Shown: positions 27,111 through 40,600 of the stretch, one piece after another
Layout: each line of letters begins with the position of its first letter
Position numbering within the stretch: position 1 is the first letter of the stretch
From: Octopus vulgaris
Lineage: Eukaryota
Assembly: GCA_951406725.2 (NCBI GenBank)
Contig: OX597814.1
Location: 64,108,001-64,172,000, forward strand
DNA: 64,000 bases
Reading direction: 5' to 3'
Program-made: the position numbers and the translations under genes
The notes under the pieces: model-generated
Databases searched by the model: none
Told to the model about the DNA's origin: nothing
Seen by the model: only the letters and a program-made list of their open reading frames with translations

Positions 27111-27375
27111 TTTCTCTGTTCCTTGAATGCATATTCAAATATTTGTCAACTACATTACAGACCTACTCTGATTCTACAATACCCTTGTTCGCCGGCCTAT
27201 CCCAGATTCATGTGTGGGCAGCTGCACATTATCTCAAAAAATAGAACTGCTAGAAAGAAATGACATATTATTATTCGGAGGATTGAATATACTTAAAATC
27301 GGGTCTAAAACATGAGGTACCAAATTATTATTTTTTTTTCGATGTATGTATGTATGTATTTATGTATGTATATAC

Positions 27376-27448
<73 letters not shown>

Positions 27449-27599
27449 AACACAGACATGCATACATACATAGACACATACAAACATACATACACATACA
27501 TATATACATGCATACATACATACTTCAACCGACAACCACGCCAAATTACACGCCATAATTACAATAATCATAATATTGAAAATAGAATGCACTCCATAC

Positions 27600-28560
27600 A
27601 TTCTTGTCTTCATATACTACAAATAACAAAAAATGTATAATACAATCTAAACTCTAAGCAACCCATACCAACAGATAAACATTCCTTAACAAGTTACCAA
27701 CAACAATATTTTCACAGGTACCACATTCCGTTAGCAAACACAAACACATAACAAACATCCGTACATCTTTTCTCTGATTGCCTACTGACCATCATCACAA
27801 CATACATATCAATTAAGAAACAAGAACATTCTTATAAACCTCAAAATAACCTTTTGGTACGAGTTGTGGCAAGAATTATGGCTAGGCTTTTCAGAATTTG
27901 TCGCCACTTCAATCAGCAACATAGATATTGTATTATTTACATTGAACAAAATATAGATGCATCTAAAAAAACTTATCCCACAAAACAACATAAACTATAC
28001 AACCCCAGTTTCACACAAGAGGCTGCTAATATCATGAAATCCATGGATATTATTAAGCACAGTGACCCAACATCACTCAAAACCAACTTAAAGGTCGGCA
28101 TCAAAGAACTAAACAAGAAAATAATAAAATACAACTAACGAAATGGTAATTGTCATCATATCGCCCACAAGAACACAGTCAAACCACGCCATATATAACA
28201 ATCACAGTGTCAATAACATAATCACAGAGCAATCTAAGCAAACGCTCTTAGATACTTCTCAAACACTGGTCACCATTAATGAAAGGAATCCAAAATACAC
28301 AGATTCCTCCTAAGCGATGATTTTTGACAGATTCCTTCCACCAAGCATCTGGAAAGCAATAAAGAAATCTAAAGACTTAAAGATCCCACAGCTAGACAAT
28401 ATCACAATCATACATATGCACTTAACAACTTCTGTAACTACTTACACCAGCACCGCCAAATTCTCAGATTCTGGTAGCCGGGAAAAGCATAATAATTCTA
28501 AAACGCAAAAAGAATATCAGTTCACCCTAAAATAATCAAATCTGAGATGAACACCCTACA
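27600..28560 (+). mobile_element. Highly degenerate LINE (Jockey/I-like) endonuclease-RT linker remnant
   Basis: A-rich strand; IWKAIKKSKDLKIPQLDNITIIHMHL resembles the KAPGPD region. Confidence 0.45.
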
Positions 28561-28769
28561 TATGGATCTGTGGAAGGTACGGCATCTTTCAGTTGACTAC
28601 TTGTGCACAGTAGGACTTGGATATCAAGGCTTGCATGCATCTTCACAACAAAAGTAAGAACATATTACAGAATGTTCAGTATGATGATGCGGTTAACCAG
28701 CAAATTATTGACACTTAAATTCGAGTCTTATTTAAATCACTGCAGCCAAGAAAGTGTCAAGAACTTATG

Positions 28770-29210
28770 TTATTTGTTTCAGCTATGGGACTGCAGCCAT
28801 GTTGAGGCACTGCTTTGATGGGGTTAACCGAACAAATCGACATCAGGACTTATTTTTACACTCTTGTACTTGTTCAATCAGTGTAATTTCTCTGGCGTAA
28901 ACAATCCAACACCAATCGTCAAACGGTGGAGGGTGACAAATACAAAGCAAACACGAACACACACACACGCACGCACAAATACACACACACACATACACAC
29001 ACGCGCACACACGCACACACACACACACACGCACACACACACACACACACACATATTCGACAGGCTTCTTTCAACTTCCTATTTATCAAATCCATTCACA
29101 AGTCTTTGACCGGCTCGGTTCTATTTTAGAAGACATTTGTCCAAAGTGCCACACAGTAGGACTGAACCCAAGGAAGTAAGCTTCTCAAACATACAAACAC
29201 TCCTGCACCT
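28770..29210 (-). mobile_element. SINE family 2 with internal (TG)n
   Basis: Head and tail match 29585-29740 and 52550-52712. Other pieces at 32350, 36880, 45640-46015, 49370, 51955 and 59440. Confidence 0.7.
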
Positions 29211-29584
29211 TAAAAGAAAAGAAAACGCTTTCATTATTTCAATATAATATTTTTCTTATTGAAAATATTCACTTCTTCACTAATTCTCGCTGATTTACAA
29301 ATTCCTGAAGCACTATATTTCTTTCCAGCTTCAGTAGAAATCTCTTTACTAAAATTAAATTCTCTCATGCATTCAGGTAATACACGAAAGTGTAACGATC
29401 TTTTTTGTTATACCAGTTAAATTTGTAAGCTTTTATAACTAATTAAATAAAATTCGATTTAATAATGGGGGACTGATAACAATACATACCGTAGATATCA
29501 GAATAATGAAGAGGCGACATGCAAAGGAGAAAGAAAGAAATGAAAAGTAAAAACAAAACAGCAGAAGGAAAGAAAAATGTTAAA

Positions 29585-29736
29585 GGTGCAGGCGTAAATG
29601 TGAGGTAAGAAGCTTGCCTCCCAACTACATGGTTTCGGGTTCAGGCTCAATGTGTGGCCCTTACGCCAGGGTCTTCTACGATAGCTTCGGGCTTTGTGAG
29701 AGTGGATTTGGTAGACAGAAACTGAAAGAAGACCGT

Positions 29737-29740
<4 letters not shown>
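29585..29740 (+). mobile_element. SINE family 2 head
   Basis: ggtaagaagcttgcctcccaactacatggtttcgggttcag..gtggatttggtagacagaaactgaaagaag. Confidence 0.8.
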
Positions 29741-29810
<70 letters not shown>

Positions 29811-29824
<14 letters not shown>

Positions 29825-30010
29825 GGCATCCTTTTTGTCTCGGGAGACAATGGAGGTGCGCATAAAATAATCTAGTCCAGCTTTTATATTTGATGTCCTA
29901 ATACATCTGCTGTAGCTGTGTAGTCCTATCCTGGACAAACACTCCCTCTGGCAGGTGCCGCAAATGTAGCGAAGACTTTGCTTGGCTGGTTGTAATGTCA
30001 TAGTTTCTTG
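29811..30010 (-). mobile_element. RTE-clade LINE 3' end
   Basis: YICGTCQRECLSRIGLHSYSRC zinc-finger-like motif, ccattgtctcccgagac and a (CAA)n tail. Confidence 0.75.
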
Positions 30011-30013
30011 TTG

Positions 30014-30146
<133 letters not shown>

Positions 30147-30149
30147 GTA

Positions 30150-30600
30150 AAAAAAATACAAACTGGGACAAGAACGTGAAACATTTAGAAGACGATACAA
30201 AAAACACGGACGGGACATTCGAAGCCTTCAATCTTCAGTCAAGAACCGGATCATCTTCGCAATTTCGGCTGATTAATCTTGAGATTGCTCCAATCTGGCC
30301 AGCTTAAGGAAAATCTAAGCTAAGCACATTAGATTCCTTGGAAGAAAGCCTCGAATGTATACAAAACAAGGACTGAAAAACGGACGATGTTACACGAATG
30401 AAAATACACAAATACGTAAAAACAATAATGATAACACGAATAAGAATACAAAAATACGTAAAAACAATAATGATAACACGAATAAGAATACAAAAATACG
30501 TAAAAACAATAATGATAATAATAATAACAACAAAAACAGGACGTCACAGACAAGCGTCTTTTCGACAGGAGGAGTAAATTTCTGAGCTGGCGTTAGAAAA
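30150..30600 (+). repeat. Interspersed structured repeat with a 42-bp tandem unit at about 30403-30515 (other copies about 38140-38530, 52197-52450, 63869-64000)
   Basis: Shared ggacaagaac..cattcgaagc..tcagtcaagaacc..gcaatttcggctgattaatcttgagattgctcc; each copy abuts a microsatellite. Confidence 0.9.
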
Positions 30601-30641
30601 AGCCTTACGGCTGGAGAGTGAGAAAAATGTGCCTTGCCGCA

Positions 30642-30678
<37 letters not shown>

Positions 30679-32316
30679 GAAAGAAGGTTTGAAGTGTGTG
30701 TGTATGTGGGGGGGGGTGATGTATGTGTGTGGTATGTATATGTATGATGTGTATATGTGTGTATGTATGTATATATATGTATATGTAGTGTGTTTGTATG
30801 GCCCGCACACACGCGTAGACGCGTGTGTGCATGTATACACGCACACAGGGACGCGTGCACTCACGCCGTGTGCACGCACACACGCGGGCACATACTCAGT
30901 GCCAACACACGCAGGGCACAGATACACCCAACAGACATGGACATGCATGCGGACAGACACATGCACACTGGCGCACGGGCGGGCACACATATACACACAC
31001 CATCCTACCCCAAAAAATTCCTTAAACAACACACATCTATTTACCCCACCCTGGAACCAATCAAAAACAGCCCCCCACACACACACACACAGACACATGT
31101 ATACATGTATATGCACACACACAGGGACACACACACTCACACCAATCTCACCTCCATACAGACACACATATACACACGCAGCACCATGGCAAATGCCATC
31201 CACGCACATACATGCATACACACACACACACACACAACACCATGACAACCACACACGCGGTTGACAAACAGACACCTTCCTACCAAATATTACAGACACA
31301 CACACATCTATTCACACCACATATGTATGTATGCACACACACATACACACAAAGACACACATACTCACCTCATCCTGACCCCAAAATCATTGATGCTTGA
31401 AGGAGAGCCAAAAAAACAAAAAAAGAAGAAAAAAAAGGGTACATTCTTTTCAATTCCACATTTCTCCTAAAACGGACAGGTTAGTTTTAACTTCACCACT
31501 ATAATAATGTAAATCATTTTTGAACTCATAATATTCTGTATGTGTATACTGAACTTTTTTTAATAATTCCTCCTGGAAATTACCCTGTGATGTATAATAT
31601 ATTTGTTTTAATCTTTTCTGCCCATTATTTCAATGAGCTTGTTAAACTTTTTTATATTCTCAACATACTGTTGTCACCAAAGACTGTATATTTATATGGA
31701 TTATAGTACTCTGTGTCAACCAATATTCTGTGCATGTTTGAATATACAGATACAGTACCAATATCAATTCCTTCTGGAAACTATCTTAAGTATGTCCTTG
31801 AGAATGATTATTTATGTAATCTTTTGTGCCCAATATTTTAAGGAACTTGTTGAACTTTTTTATGTCCTTAACATGTCCCTGTTACCAAAGACTGTATATA
31901 TATATATGTAATGTAGCAATTTGCAACAACCAATAATTAACGCAACCAAACTTCCACATGTTAATTTTGACAACCTTTTTCCAAAGAGTGAAACCGGTAA
32001 AGTAAATAAACATCTTTGAAATTGCATTTTCAAACCTTCTTTCGTATATAATTCCACTCGTGCGGTACCCCACAACTCCACTTTGTTATATATATATATA
32101 CTATAAAATTAGATTTAATCCTAAATCTAATTTTTCCCTGTAAGTTTGGATTTACTCCCTAATATTATTATTATTATGTATATATATATATATATATATG
32201 CACGTACATACATACGTACATACAAACATACATACATACATACATACATACATACATACATACATACATACATACATACATACGTACGTACATACATACA
32301 TACATACATACACATA

Positions 32317-32348
<32 letters not shown>

Positions 32349-32652
32349 AGTGCTTGTGCATGCGTTTGTCTTCGACCACCGCTTGACGACCAGTTTTGGT
32401 GTGTTTACGTCCCTGTATCTTACCAATAGAATAAGTACCAGGCTTTACACATGAATAATAGGTAATGGCGACTATTCGTTTGGCTAAAATTCTTCAAGGC
32501 ATTACCCCAGAATGGCTGCAGTCTAATGACTGAAGCAAATAAAATATAAACAATGAATGCTTGAAAATGTAAACAGAAAAGGAAAAAGATTTAAATAAAG
32601 ACACAAAAACAAAAACTAGAGACTAGTTATTTCCTTGTCAACCAATTTAGTT

Positions 32653-32785
32653 TTATGGAATATTATCAATATCAAATATAATTGTTTCATCATCTGTTGT
32701 GTCCGTGTCGTCATCGCTTATAATACTGAACAGTTTCACGCAATCTTTTTTGTCGTTTCCCGTTTGGTATCTGTGAATATATCTG
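32653..32785 (-). CDS. Uncharacterised type I membrane protein, terminal exon 5
   Basis: tactccttcttcag|, phase 2: RYIHRYQTGNDKKDCVKLFSIISDDDTDTTDDETIIFDIDNIP*. Confidence 0.75.
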
Positions 32786-33036
32786 CTGAAGAAGGAGTAC
32801 AATTAAAGATATATTGACTTATACTGTCTTAAGTGTGTTCATTATCTATATACATGCAGACACGCATACAGACCCATCATCATCATCATCATTTAACGTA
32901 CTTTTTTCCATGCTGGAAAGGGTTGGACATTTTGACAAGAACAGACGAGCGAGAGGAATTCTCTTCCTGACACAAACCAATTAGCAGTCTAATGGGTACG
33001 TTATACGTGGCATACATACGTATATGCACGTGTCTG

Positions 33037-33107
<71 letters not shown>

Positions 33108-33108
33108 T

Positions 33109-33147
<39 letters not shown>

Positions 33148-33165
33148 GTGCATATATATATATAC

Positions 33166-33196
<31 letters not shown>

Positions 33197-33362
33197 TATG
33201 TGTATATATATGTATATATATGTATATATATATATGTATGTATGTATGTATGTATCTTCTCTCACTCTCATATCCTCGTAAATGTCTTTACGAACATTAT
33301 TATACGCTTGTCAAAGAGCATTCTCAGATCAAATAATTATGTAAAGAAAGCCATAAACCTAC

Positions 33363-33482
33363 CGCTGGGGTGACAGGGAATTTGACGATCGATCTGCCGG
33401 ATTCCATTTCCTTTGAGGACATTTTATATAGGTATCGACCTGAATGTTATTGTTATTTGTGTCTTTAAGTTTTCTTAATTGA
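33363..33482 (-). CDS. Uncharacterised type I membrane protein, exon 4
   Basis: ttctcttctctctgttccag| ... cg|gtaggt; 120 nt, only phase 2 is open: [40 protein letters not shown]. Confidence 0.72.
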
Positions 33483-33566
33483 CTGGAACAGAGAGAAGAG
33501 AATGAATCAGGGAATAGAAATCTTTTGATTTCACGAGCAAAAACAACAAAAATAGCATTAGCAGTG

Positions 33567-33615
<49 letters not shown>

Positions 33616-33929
33616 TGGGTGTAGTAGCAACAATGACAACAACAAGAATGGTTACGACGTCGGTGATTACTTCAAGATTTTTAACAGCAAGAGCATAATC
33701 CCAGCAGAAGCAATGAGGTCATACATACATGCAACAACAACAGGAGTAACAGCAGCAACAACAACAATAACAGCAACAACAACAACAACAACATCAACAT
33801 TACTGACCACAAAGTAAGAGATGAGAGCAAGGACTCATTTGCTGAGGTGGCGGCAAAAGCGACTAAAATACCCCGAGTTGAATAGGAAAGGAAACCTCCT
33901 GGCCGAGTTGAAACGGCATGGGAAGGTGA

Positions 33930-34560
33930 GTGCATCAGTTACTTACCACCGCCTGAGCGTCGTGCCTTGTCACGCTTGACGCCTGACCAGAATGGAGCAT
34001 TTGCTCTCACACATTTTGTGGAAGGGACGTGACCCACTGGTCAGACGACCCGGTTAATGTCAGCTTCCGCGGTGTAGAAGACTGCGCATGCCGTGGTTAA
34101 TAATGCGCACATATGCGCTGGGGCTAAACCTCCAGATTTCTTAGGCGGCGAACAGGTGTAGTTGCCATTTTTTAGACACGCTTTTGCGCAGCTCATCTCT
34201 CTGAGTAAGCTGAACTTTTGGGTCAAGCGTACATCAAGGCAGAGTGCCTGGTACCTCGAGTATCATCAGGCGATCACAGTCCCCTACCAGTCAGGCAATG
34301 CTGGTGCAGTATGTTCCATGTTCTTTAGTGGATTACTTGCAGGTAAGAGCGAGGACACCTTCAGTGGAACCCTGGACATCGATGAAAATCAACTGTCGGG
34401 TCTGTTCCTAAGGTCTTTTAGGTCGGGTCCTATGGATAATTTCCAGAAATGTCGGACCTGGTTGTGCTACCGGTGGACATTGCCTAAGCGAAACCGTCTT
34501 GCTGTGCTCGGACATTGGTGAATTGTGGTGTTATATCGAACAGCTGCTAACACGCGTCGG
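33930..34560 (+). mobile_element. Degenerate L1/Tx1 LINE C-terminal remnant (same family as 1650-2700)
   Basis: ASVTYHRLSVVPC..ILWKGRDPLVRR..LRMPWLIMR..GPMDNFQKCRTWLCYR. Confidence 0.7.
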
Positions 34561-36260
34561 ACGGATCTGGCTATGGCCTCAACTCCATTGTGAAGATCAT
34601 CCCACCGTCTTCCTTTGGCCTGTAAAGGCAGGCAGCTTTCGTCTGTTTCATGGCTAAGGCGAAAGCATCCGTGTGATATACTAGGCTGAATGCACTAAAG
34701 ACAACACTTCGGCCAAAGGTGGAAGCATCCTTTGGCCAGTGCTAACATTGAAAAACCCAACATAGTTTGAAATAAACAGAAACTCTCTTTTGCTCTCTTT
34801 AAACCTCTTTCTTTTTATTTCTTTCTTTATCTATTTATTTATTTTGAAACCATGACAATTCAGTTCGTACAAAATTATTTGCGTATAAAGTAATTGTTAC
34901 CCACTCTGCTGTACGGATTCAAAACTGGTGTCATCATCGATGTCTGATACAAATGGAAGGTTTCCAAAAACGTTGCTTTCGTAACATATTGAGGAACGGC
35001 CTGGGAGATCTACAGAAGCAGCATTAGCGTATCGAAGAGATAAAAAGCAATGACAACATTTCAGCTTTTATCACGATCGGTTATTTGATACATGGTTACA
35101 GCAGCATTCACATTATTAAACTGAACGTCAGCTGCATATCCATGCCGTTGAAGGGACTAGAATGGCTACAGGAAAAATATTTAACTCCGGCCGTGAATGT
35201 TCATGAATATATGCACAGAGTATTAAGATATGCACATCCCCACCGCTAGATTCCTTTGTTTTTAAATTCTTTGCAACTTTTTCTATTCATGTTATAAAAA
35301 CTCAGCTCAAACTTCTAATTAGAGGCAGAAGATGTATGCATCTCAAAACATAACTTCAATTCTTGCAAAGCATTCATCTGAATTTGCAAGGAAATCAATG
35401 CATACTTTTGGAAAACATGAGGTACTGACAACTCCATAAGCGATCATCAATCAAGAAACCAATGAGTCAATGTGGCTTTATGTTATAGGGATGCGTTACT
35501 ATATCCATGAACATGTGGATCAAAGTTTCGCTTATATTTCATCGAATTAAAAGAAAAAAGAAAATATCTAATGTACGTCTTTGCAATCAGTAAGCAAACC
35601 GAAGCTCTATATGCGTAAAGAAACGGTTAAAAGCGTATTCTTTTCGGCGTCAGTCTACCTACAAGTTTTGGTCGGATAAATTAAATCGCTTTTCCCTAGA
35701 AACGAATTGTTTAACTGATAATACGAATAAGGTCTGTCTCAATTAAGGATGCACACAAAAAAAAACATATGGTCAAAGGGAAATAACTAATAAAAAAAGT
35801 TTACTTAGTTGTCTCCCTTGCATCCTTCTGCTCCTTGCTGTTTAAATTATTTTTCATGGGTGCTTAAAAAGTATAAACACCAACGTATTTGTTATATTTT
35901 CATTATATTCTGACAGATTCGAACGTGAATGTCTGTTTACTGTTCATTTTCATCACCGTTTGACTTTTCTCTGATTACGAAAGACACCAGCAATCAGCTA
36001 TCAAAGTCCGAATCTGCCAGATCTTATTGAGAATAAATAGGTACGTTTATATATTATTTCCATTCAACAAAATTGCAAGTATGATTTATTACACACATGA
36101 GGTATATTCTGTCTGTCCAAAACATCACAGATAAATGCTATTTCACATTTCATTCAAGAGTATTGACGAGTACAATTTTTTTCACTGATTACTGGTGGAT
36201 TGTTTACTTTTAAGCGACCGTACATTTAGCTGATGCTCGTCTTCGTCGTCGTTTGTGTGT

Positions 36261-36335
<75 letters not shown>

Positions 36336-36613
36336 TGTGTGTGTGTACGTGTGTGTGTGTGTGTGTGTGTTCAAATCCGCTGCCAATGAGTTAAAACTGT
36401 CTTTAGATATTAAAAATACATCAAAATTTTCTTCCCAGATTATTAATAGTTGCTGGTTGCTCTTATCTTACTGAGCTCAGATCCTTCATGAGTCTATAAA
36501 AATAAAGAATAAATACAGAACTGGAGTGAATTTAATTGAATCTCTCCTGAAATATACGAATTAGTGCCCAGGTTATGAATGTTTACATGTAAAGTAACGA
36601 ATGACTGACTTAC

Positions 36614-36716
36614 CGGTAATATGTGTAAAGGGAGGTAAATGAGACTGAAAATGCGAGCAAAAAGCTGATAGCAAAAATGAACCAAAGCAGTCGATGATCG
36701 AGGGTTGTTGGTGCAA
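36614..36716 (-). CDS. Uncharacterised type I membrane protein, exon 3 (transmembrane helix)
   Basis: tgtcaatatttcag| ... cg|gtaagt, phase 1 to 2: (V)APTTLDHRLLWFIFAISFLLAFSVSFTSLYTYYR. Confidence 0.78.
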
Positions 36717-37093
36717 CTGAAATATTGACAATAACAGAGAATGATACAGATCAGTTTGTTGTGTGTTAGCAATCTTTCAGAATGATACTTATGCAGTAGT
36801 GTATATGTCTGTCAATGAGTTTGTGGGGGTGAGGGTGAGAGAGAGAGAGGTGTGTGTGTATGCACATACACGCATAGATTTTTTTATCTTTTATTTGATC
36901 CAGTTATTTGACTGCAGCCATGCTAGAGCACCATCTTGGAATGTGTTGATCCCAGCACTTCTTTTTTAAAAGACTATTACTTATTCTAATCATCATGTTT
37001 AACGAATCGCTATGTTACGGGAACGTAAACATACCAGCCACATGTTTTCAAACGGTGTGGTGGTGGAGGGGGAACAGACCATAAACATGTATC

Positions 37094-37161
<68 letters not shown>

Positions 37162-37571
37162 GAGAGAAGCACTCCGTCGGTTACGACGACGAGGTTTCTA
37201 TTTGATCCGATCAACGGAACAGCCTGCTCATGCAATTAACGTGCAAGTAGTTGAGCACTCCACAGACACGTGCACCCTTAACGTAATTCTTAGGGAGATT
37301 CAGCGTCACAGAGAGTGTGACAAGGTTGGCCCTTTGACATACAGGTATGCCAGCTAAGTGGAATAAAGTGTCTCGCGTCGCCGGGAATTGAACTCACGAT
37401 CTTGCAATCTGAGGCGAATGCCCTAACCACAAAGCCACGCGCCCTCACACACACAAATACACACATATAGTTACGACAGACCGCTTTAAGTTTCCTTCTA
37501 TCAAATCCACTCACAAGACTTTGATCAGACACTTGCCCAAAATGCCACGAAGTGGGAATGAAGCCGGCGCT

Positions 37572-37618
<47 letters not shown>

Positions 37619-37681
37619 ATGTATGTATGTATGTACGTATGTATGTATGTACGTATATATATATATATATATATATATATA

Positions 37682-38075
37682 CTAGCAGTATCGCCCGGCG
37701 TAGGCTCGGGTTTGTAAGAGAAATAACTATAAAACATTTTTAGAGAGTTATAGCCAAAAAATAGCAAAAAAATGCATTAAAAATGGAAAAAAATGATGGT
37801 AATTTTTTTAAAAATCGTTGACTCATCGTAGACATTTTTAGAGAGTTACTTCCCTTATATAATAGCGAAAACAATTCATTAAAATGGAAAAAAATTATGG
37901 TAATTTTTTTTTTGAATTGTAGACTCATCGTAGACGCGCGCTAATACCCAGAAGGGCTCGATATGAATCACGACTATAAGATACCCGGTTTTGGTTAAAC
38001 TGCACCGCAAAATGTGGGAGTAGTTAGGAATCTAAATCGTAGGAGACAGGCACACAACTTCACTTTTATATATAA

Positions 38076-38078
<3 letters not shown>
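37682..38078 (-). mobile_element. Non-autonomous Helitron
   Basis: Minus strand: a|TCtttatatataaaa 5' end, 3' GC-rich hairpin (cccgagcctacgccggg) and CTAG|t, internal tandem repeat of about 105 bp. Confidence 0.82.
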
Positions 38079-38140
<62 letters not shown>

Positions 38141-38832
38141 TAAACAGTAAAAATAATTACAGACATGGACAAGAACATGAAACGCCACAGAGACGACACA
38201 AGAACCACAGGACGGGACATTCGAAGCCCTCAGTCATCAGTCAAGAACCAGATCATCTTAGCAATTTCGGCTGATTAATCTTGAGATTGCTCCGATATGG
38301 GCAGCCCGCCACGGGAAATCTAAGCCAAGTGCATTAGATCCCCTGGAAGAAAGCTTCGAATGTATACAACACGAGGACGGAAAACGAACGAAGTACACGA
38401 ACAAAAATACAGAATACGTGACAACAATAAGAATACAAAAACGTAAAAACAATAACGGTAAAAATAAAGTATAAAAAATAAACAACAAAACAAAACCAGG
38501 ACGTAGGACAAGGGTCTTTCGACAGGACGAATTGAGCATGGGGCTGGCTTATGAAGTTGTGCCTAATGGCCACAGGGAGACGAACAAGTACGTGTTGCTT
38601 CAACGGCTGCTGGAACGAAAAGAGCGCTCAACAGCGGTCAGCGGTCACGTGAGAACAAAAGACAAGAGAAAGGGACAGATGAAAAGAGAGAGAAGGTGGA
38701 CGAGGGAGGAGAAGAAAGAGACAGATCGAGGGGGCTGGAGGTGAGAGAGATAGAGAAACGTAGAAGGGGGGGGGAAACGGATGGAGAGGGAAAGAAAGGA
38801 GGGGGAATAAGGGAGGAGAGAGAGAGAGAAAG

Positions 38833-38900
<68 letters not shown>

Positions 38901-38991
38901 AAGGGAAAGTTTACGAAAATAAACAATAGACGAAGGCAGGTGGTGTACAAACAAACAGATGTATTAGTATAGCGCTCAGGAATAGAAAAAG

Positions 38992-39029
38992 TCTATTACG
39001 TTTCGAGCCTACGCTCTTCTACAGAAAGA
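38992..39029 (-). ncRNA. Variant hammerhead (A6U core), same family as 7375
   Basis: Minus strand: tcttt-CTGTAGA-a-gagc(gtag)gctc-GAAA-cg-ta^ataga. Confidence 0.6.
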
Positions 39030-39081
39030 TACACAGAAAAAAGCAAGGAGAGAGAAAAATGTGTGTAGTAGCTAACGATCT

Positions 39082-39122
<41 letters not shown>

Positions 39123-39178
39123 ATATACATATATATATACATATTAAATAAAATCAAAATGCGAACACAAAGGATATC

Positions 39179-39269
39179 GCAGTACACGTGTTTCAAGCTT
39201 TATAAACGACCTGTTCTTACATCAGTGTATAATAGATATAAAAGATGGTTTAAAGCTCTCTTCAGCCGC
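39179..39269 (-). ncRNA. Type I hammerhead ribozyme, intact core, long stem II
   Basis: Minus strand: gcgg-CTGAAGA-gagcttta(...)taaagctt-GAAA-cacgtg-ta^ctgc; palindromic ACACGTGT stem III, GUA cleavage triplet. Confidence 0.88.
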
Positions 39270-39793
39270 ATACATTGTTATTCCAAAGAGTTACATCACA
39301 CCATAAAAATATGAAAAATATGAAAAGTACACGTAGTATTACCCATTATAATAAGTATATCATATCTCCTTGAGAAAGTGTATTTGTAAAATTTCGTAAC
39401 TGTATAACTGTGTAAAGGTTCATTGGATCTCGAAAATCTGTCCATACTGTATCACCAGTCAACATAGAGTGAATGTTAAATAGATTTGAATGGGTTCATT
39501 CTTCTTGTAAATATAGGAAGGAAAATAGAAAGAATGGAAGAAAAATAAGGAAGATGGAATAGGAAAAAGGAAGAAAAGAAAATAGAGAGAACATGGAGAG
39601 AAAAAATAGAGGGAAAAAAGGGAGAAAAAAGGAAGAGGAGAAAATAGAGAGAGAAAAACGTCTATCTAACAAATTTTTCTGCTTTGTAAAAGTAATTTAC
39701 CCAATATTTCTGCTGTTCTAACGGCAAAACTGTGTTCGAAAAACTATCATCTTCTTATTTATATCACACACACACACAACGACACACACACAG

Positions 39794-39982
<189 letters not shown>

Positions 39983-39986
39983 CAAC

Positions 39987-40327
39987 AGTTACAGAATGGT
40001 GTAGGAAAAATCCGGGTTACATATATTTCTTAGCGAGTGGAACGTCGGATGTGGTAAAATCCAAGTGAGGTGTATACTGGAGGCTACTCCTCAGGCCAAG
40101 GATATCTTGATTAGCTTAAAGGCTACATTGTCATAAGGAAGTACATGTTGATACAAAGAGGATTCAATCAGAATTAATCCTCTTTATATCAACATGTACC
40201 TCCTTTCGACAATCAAAATATACTTGGCCTGAAGAGTAGCCGGTGGTACTTGGACTTTACCACTTCTGAGGTTCCAGTCGCAATGAAACATAATTAGCCC
40301 GCATTTTTCCTACTCCATTCCGTAACT
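39987..40327. mobile_element. Foldback/MITE-like palindrome of about 340 bp
   Basis: agttacagaatggtgtaggaaaaat.. pairs with ..atttttcctactccattccgtaact; centre gtacatgttgatacaaagaggatt/aatcctctttatatcaacatgtac. Confidence 0.85.
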
Positions 40328-40544
40328 CTTGTATTCTTTTGCGCACATTCGGTAACCCTGGTCACCTACGGTGGAATATAAATAAAAAGCATTTTTCTGC
40401 TCATCGTTTTTCGATAAAGAAAAATAATTCGCAACCTTCCATCTCAATAAACCACTATTGTTCCTGAAAGCTGTTTCTTTATATTTACTACGGATTGCTG
40501 GAAGCTAACTTCTCTCCTACACCTTGATCCCTGGATTTTACATT

Positions 40545-40600
<56 letters not shown>

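Noticed and set aside
30208-30270. Minus-strand CUGANGA (N varies among copies) and GAAA as a hammerhead; TCCTCG as an HDV-like L3; TTCGGCTGAT as 7SK
   Set aside because: No valid stem I/II or P1/P3 pairing could be built, and the 7SK match is only 10 nt.
30355-30585. NNNDNTNKNTKIRK repeat protein or CRISPR-like array
   Set aside because: A 42-bp tandem duplication inside a repeat, with no unique spacers, in a eukaryotic context.
40225-40260. CTGAAGA/CTGAGGA in the foldback arms as hammerheads
   Set aside because: No downstream GAAA or stem II.
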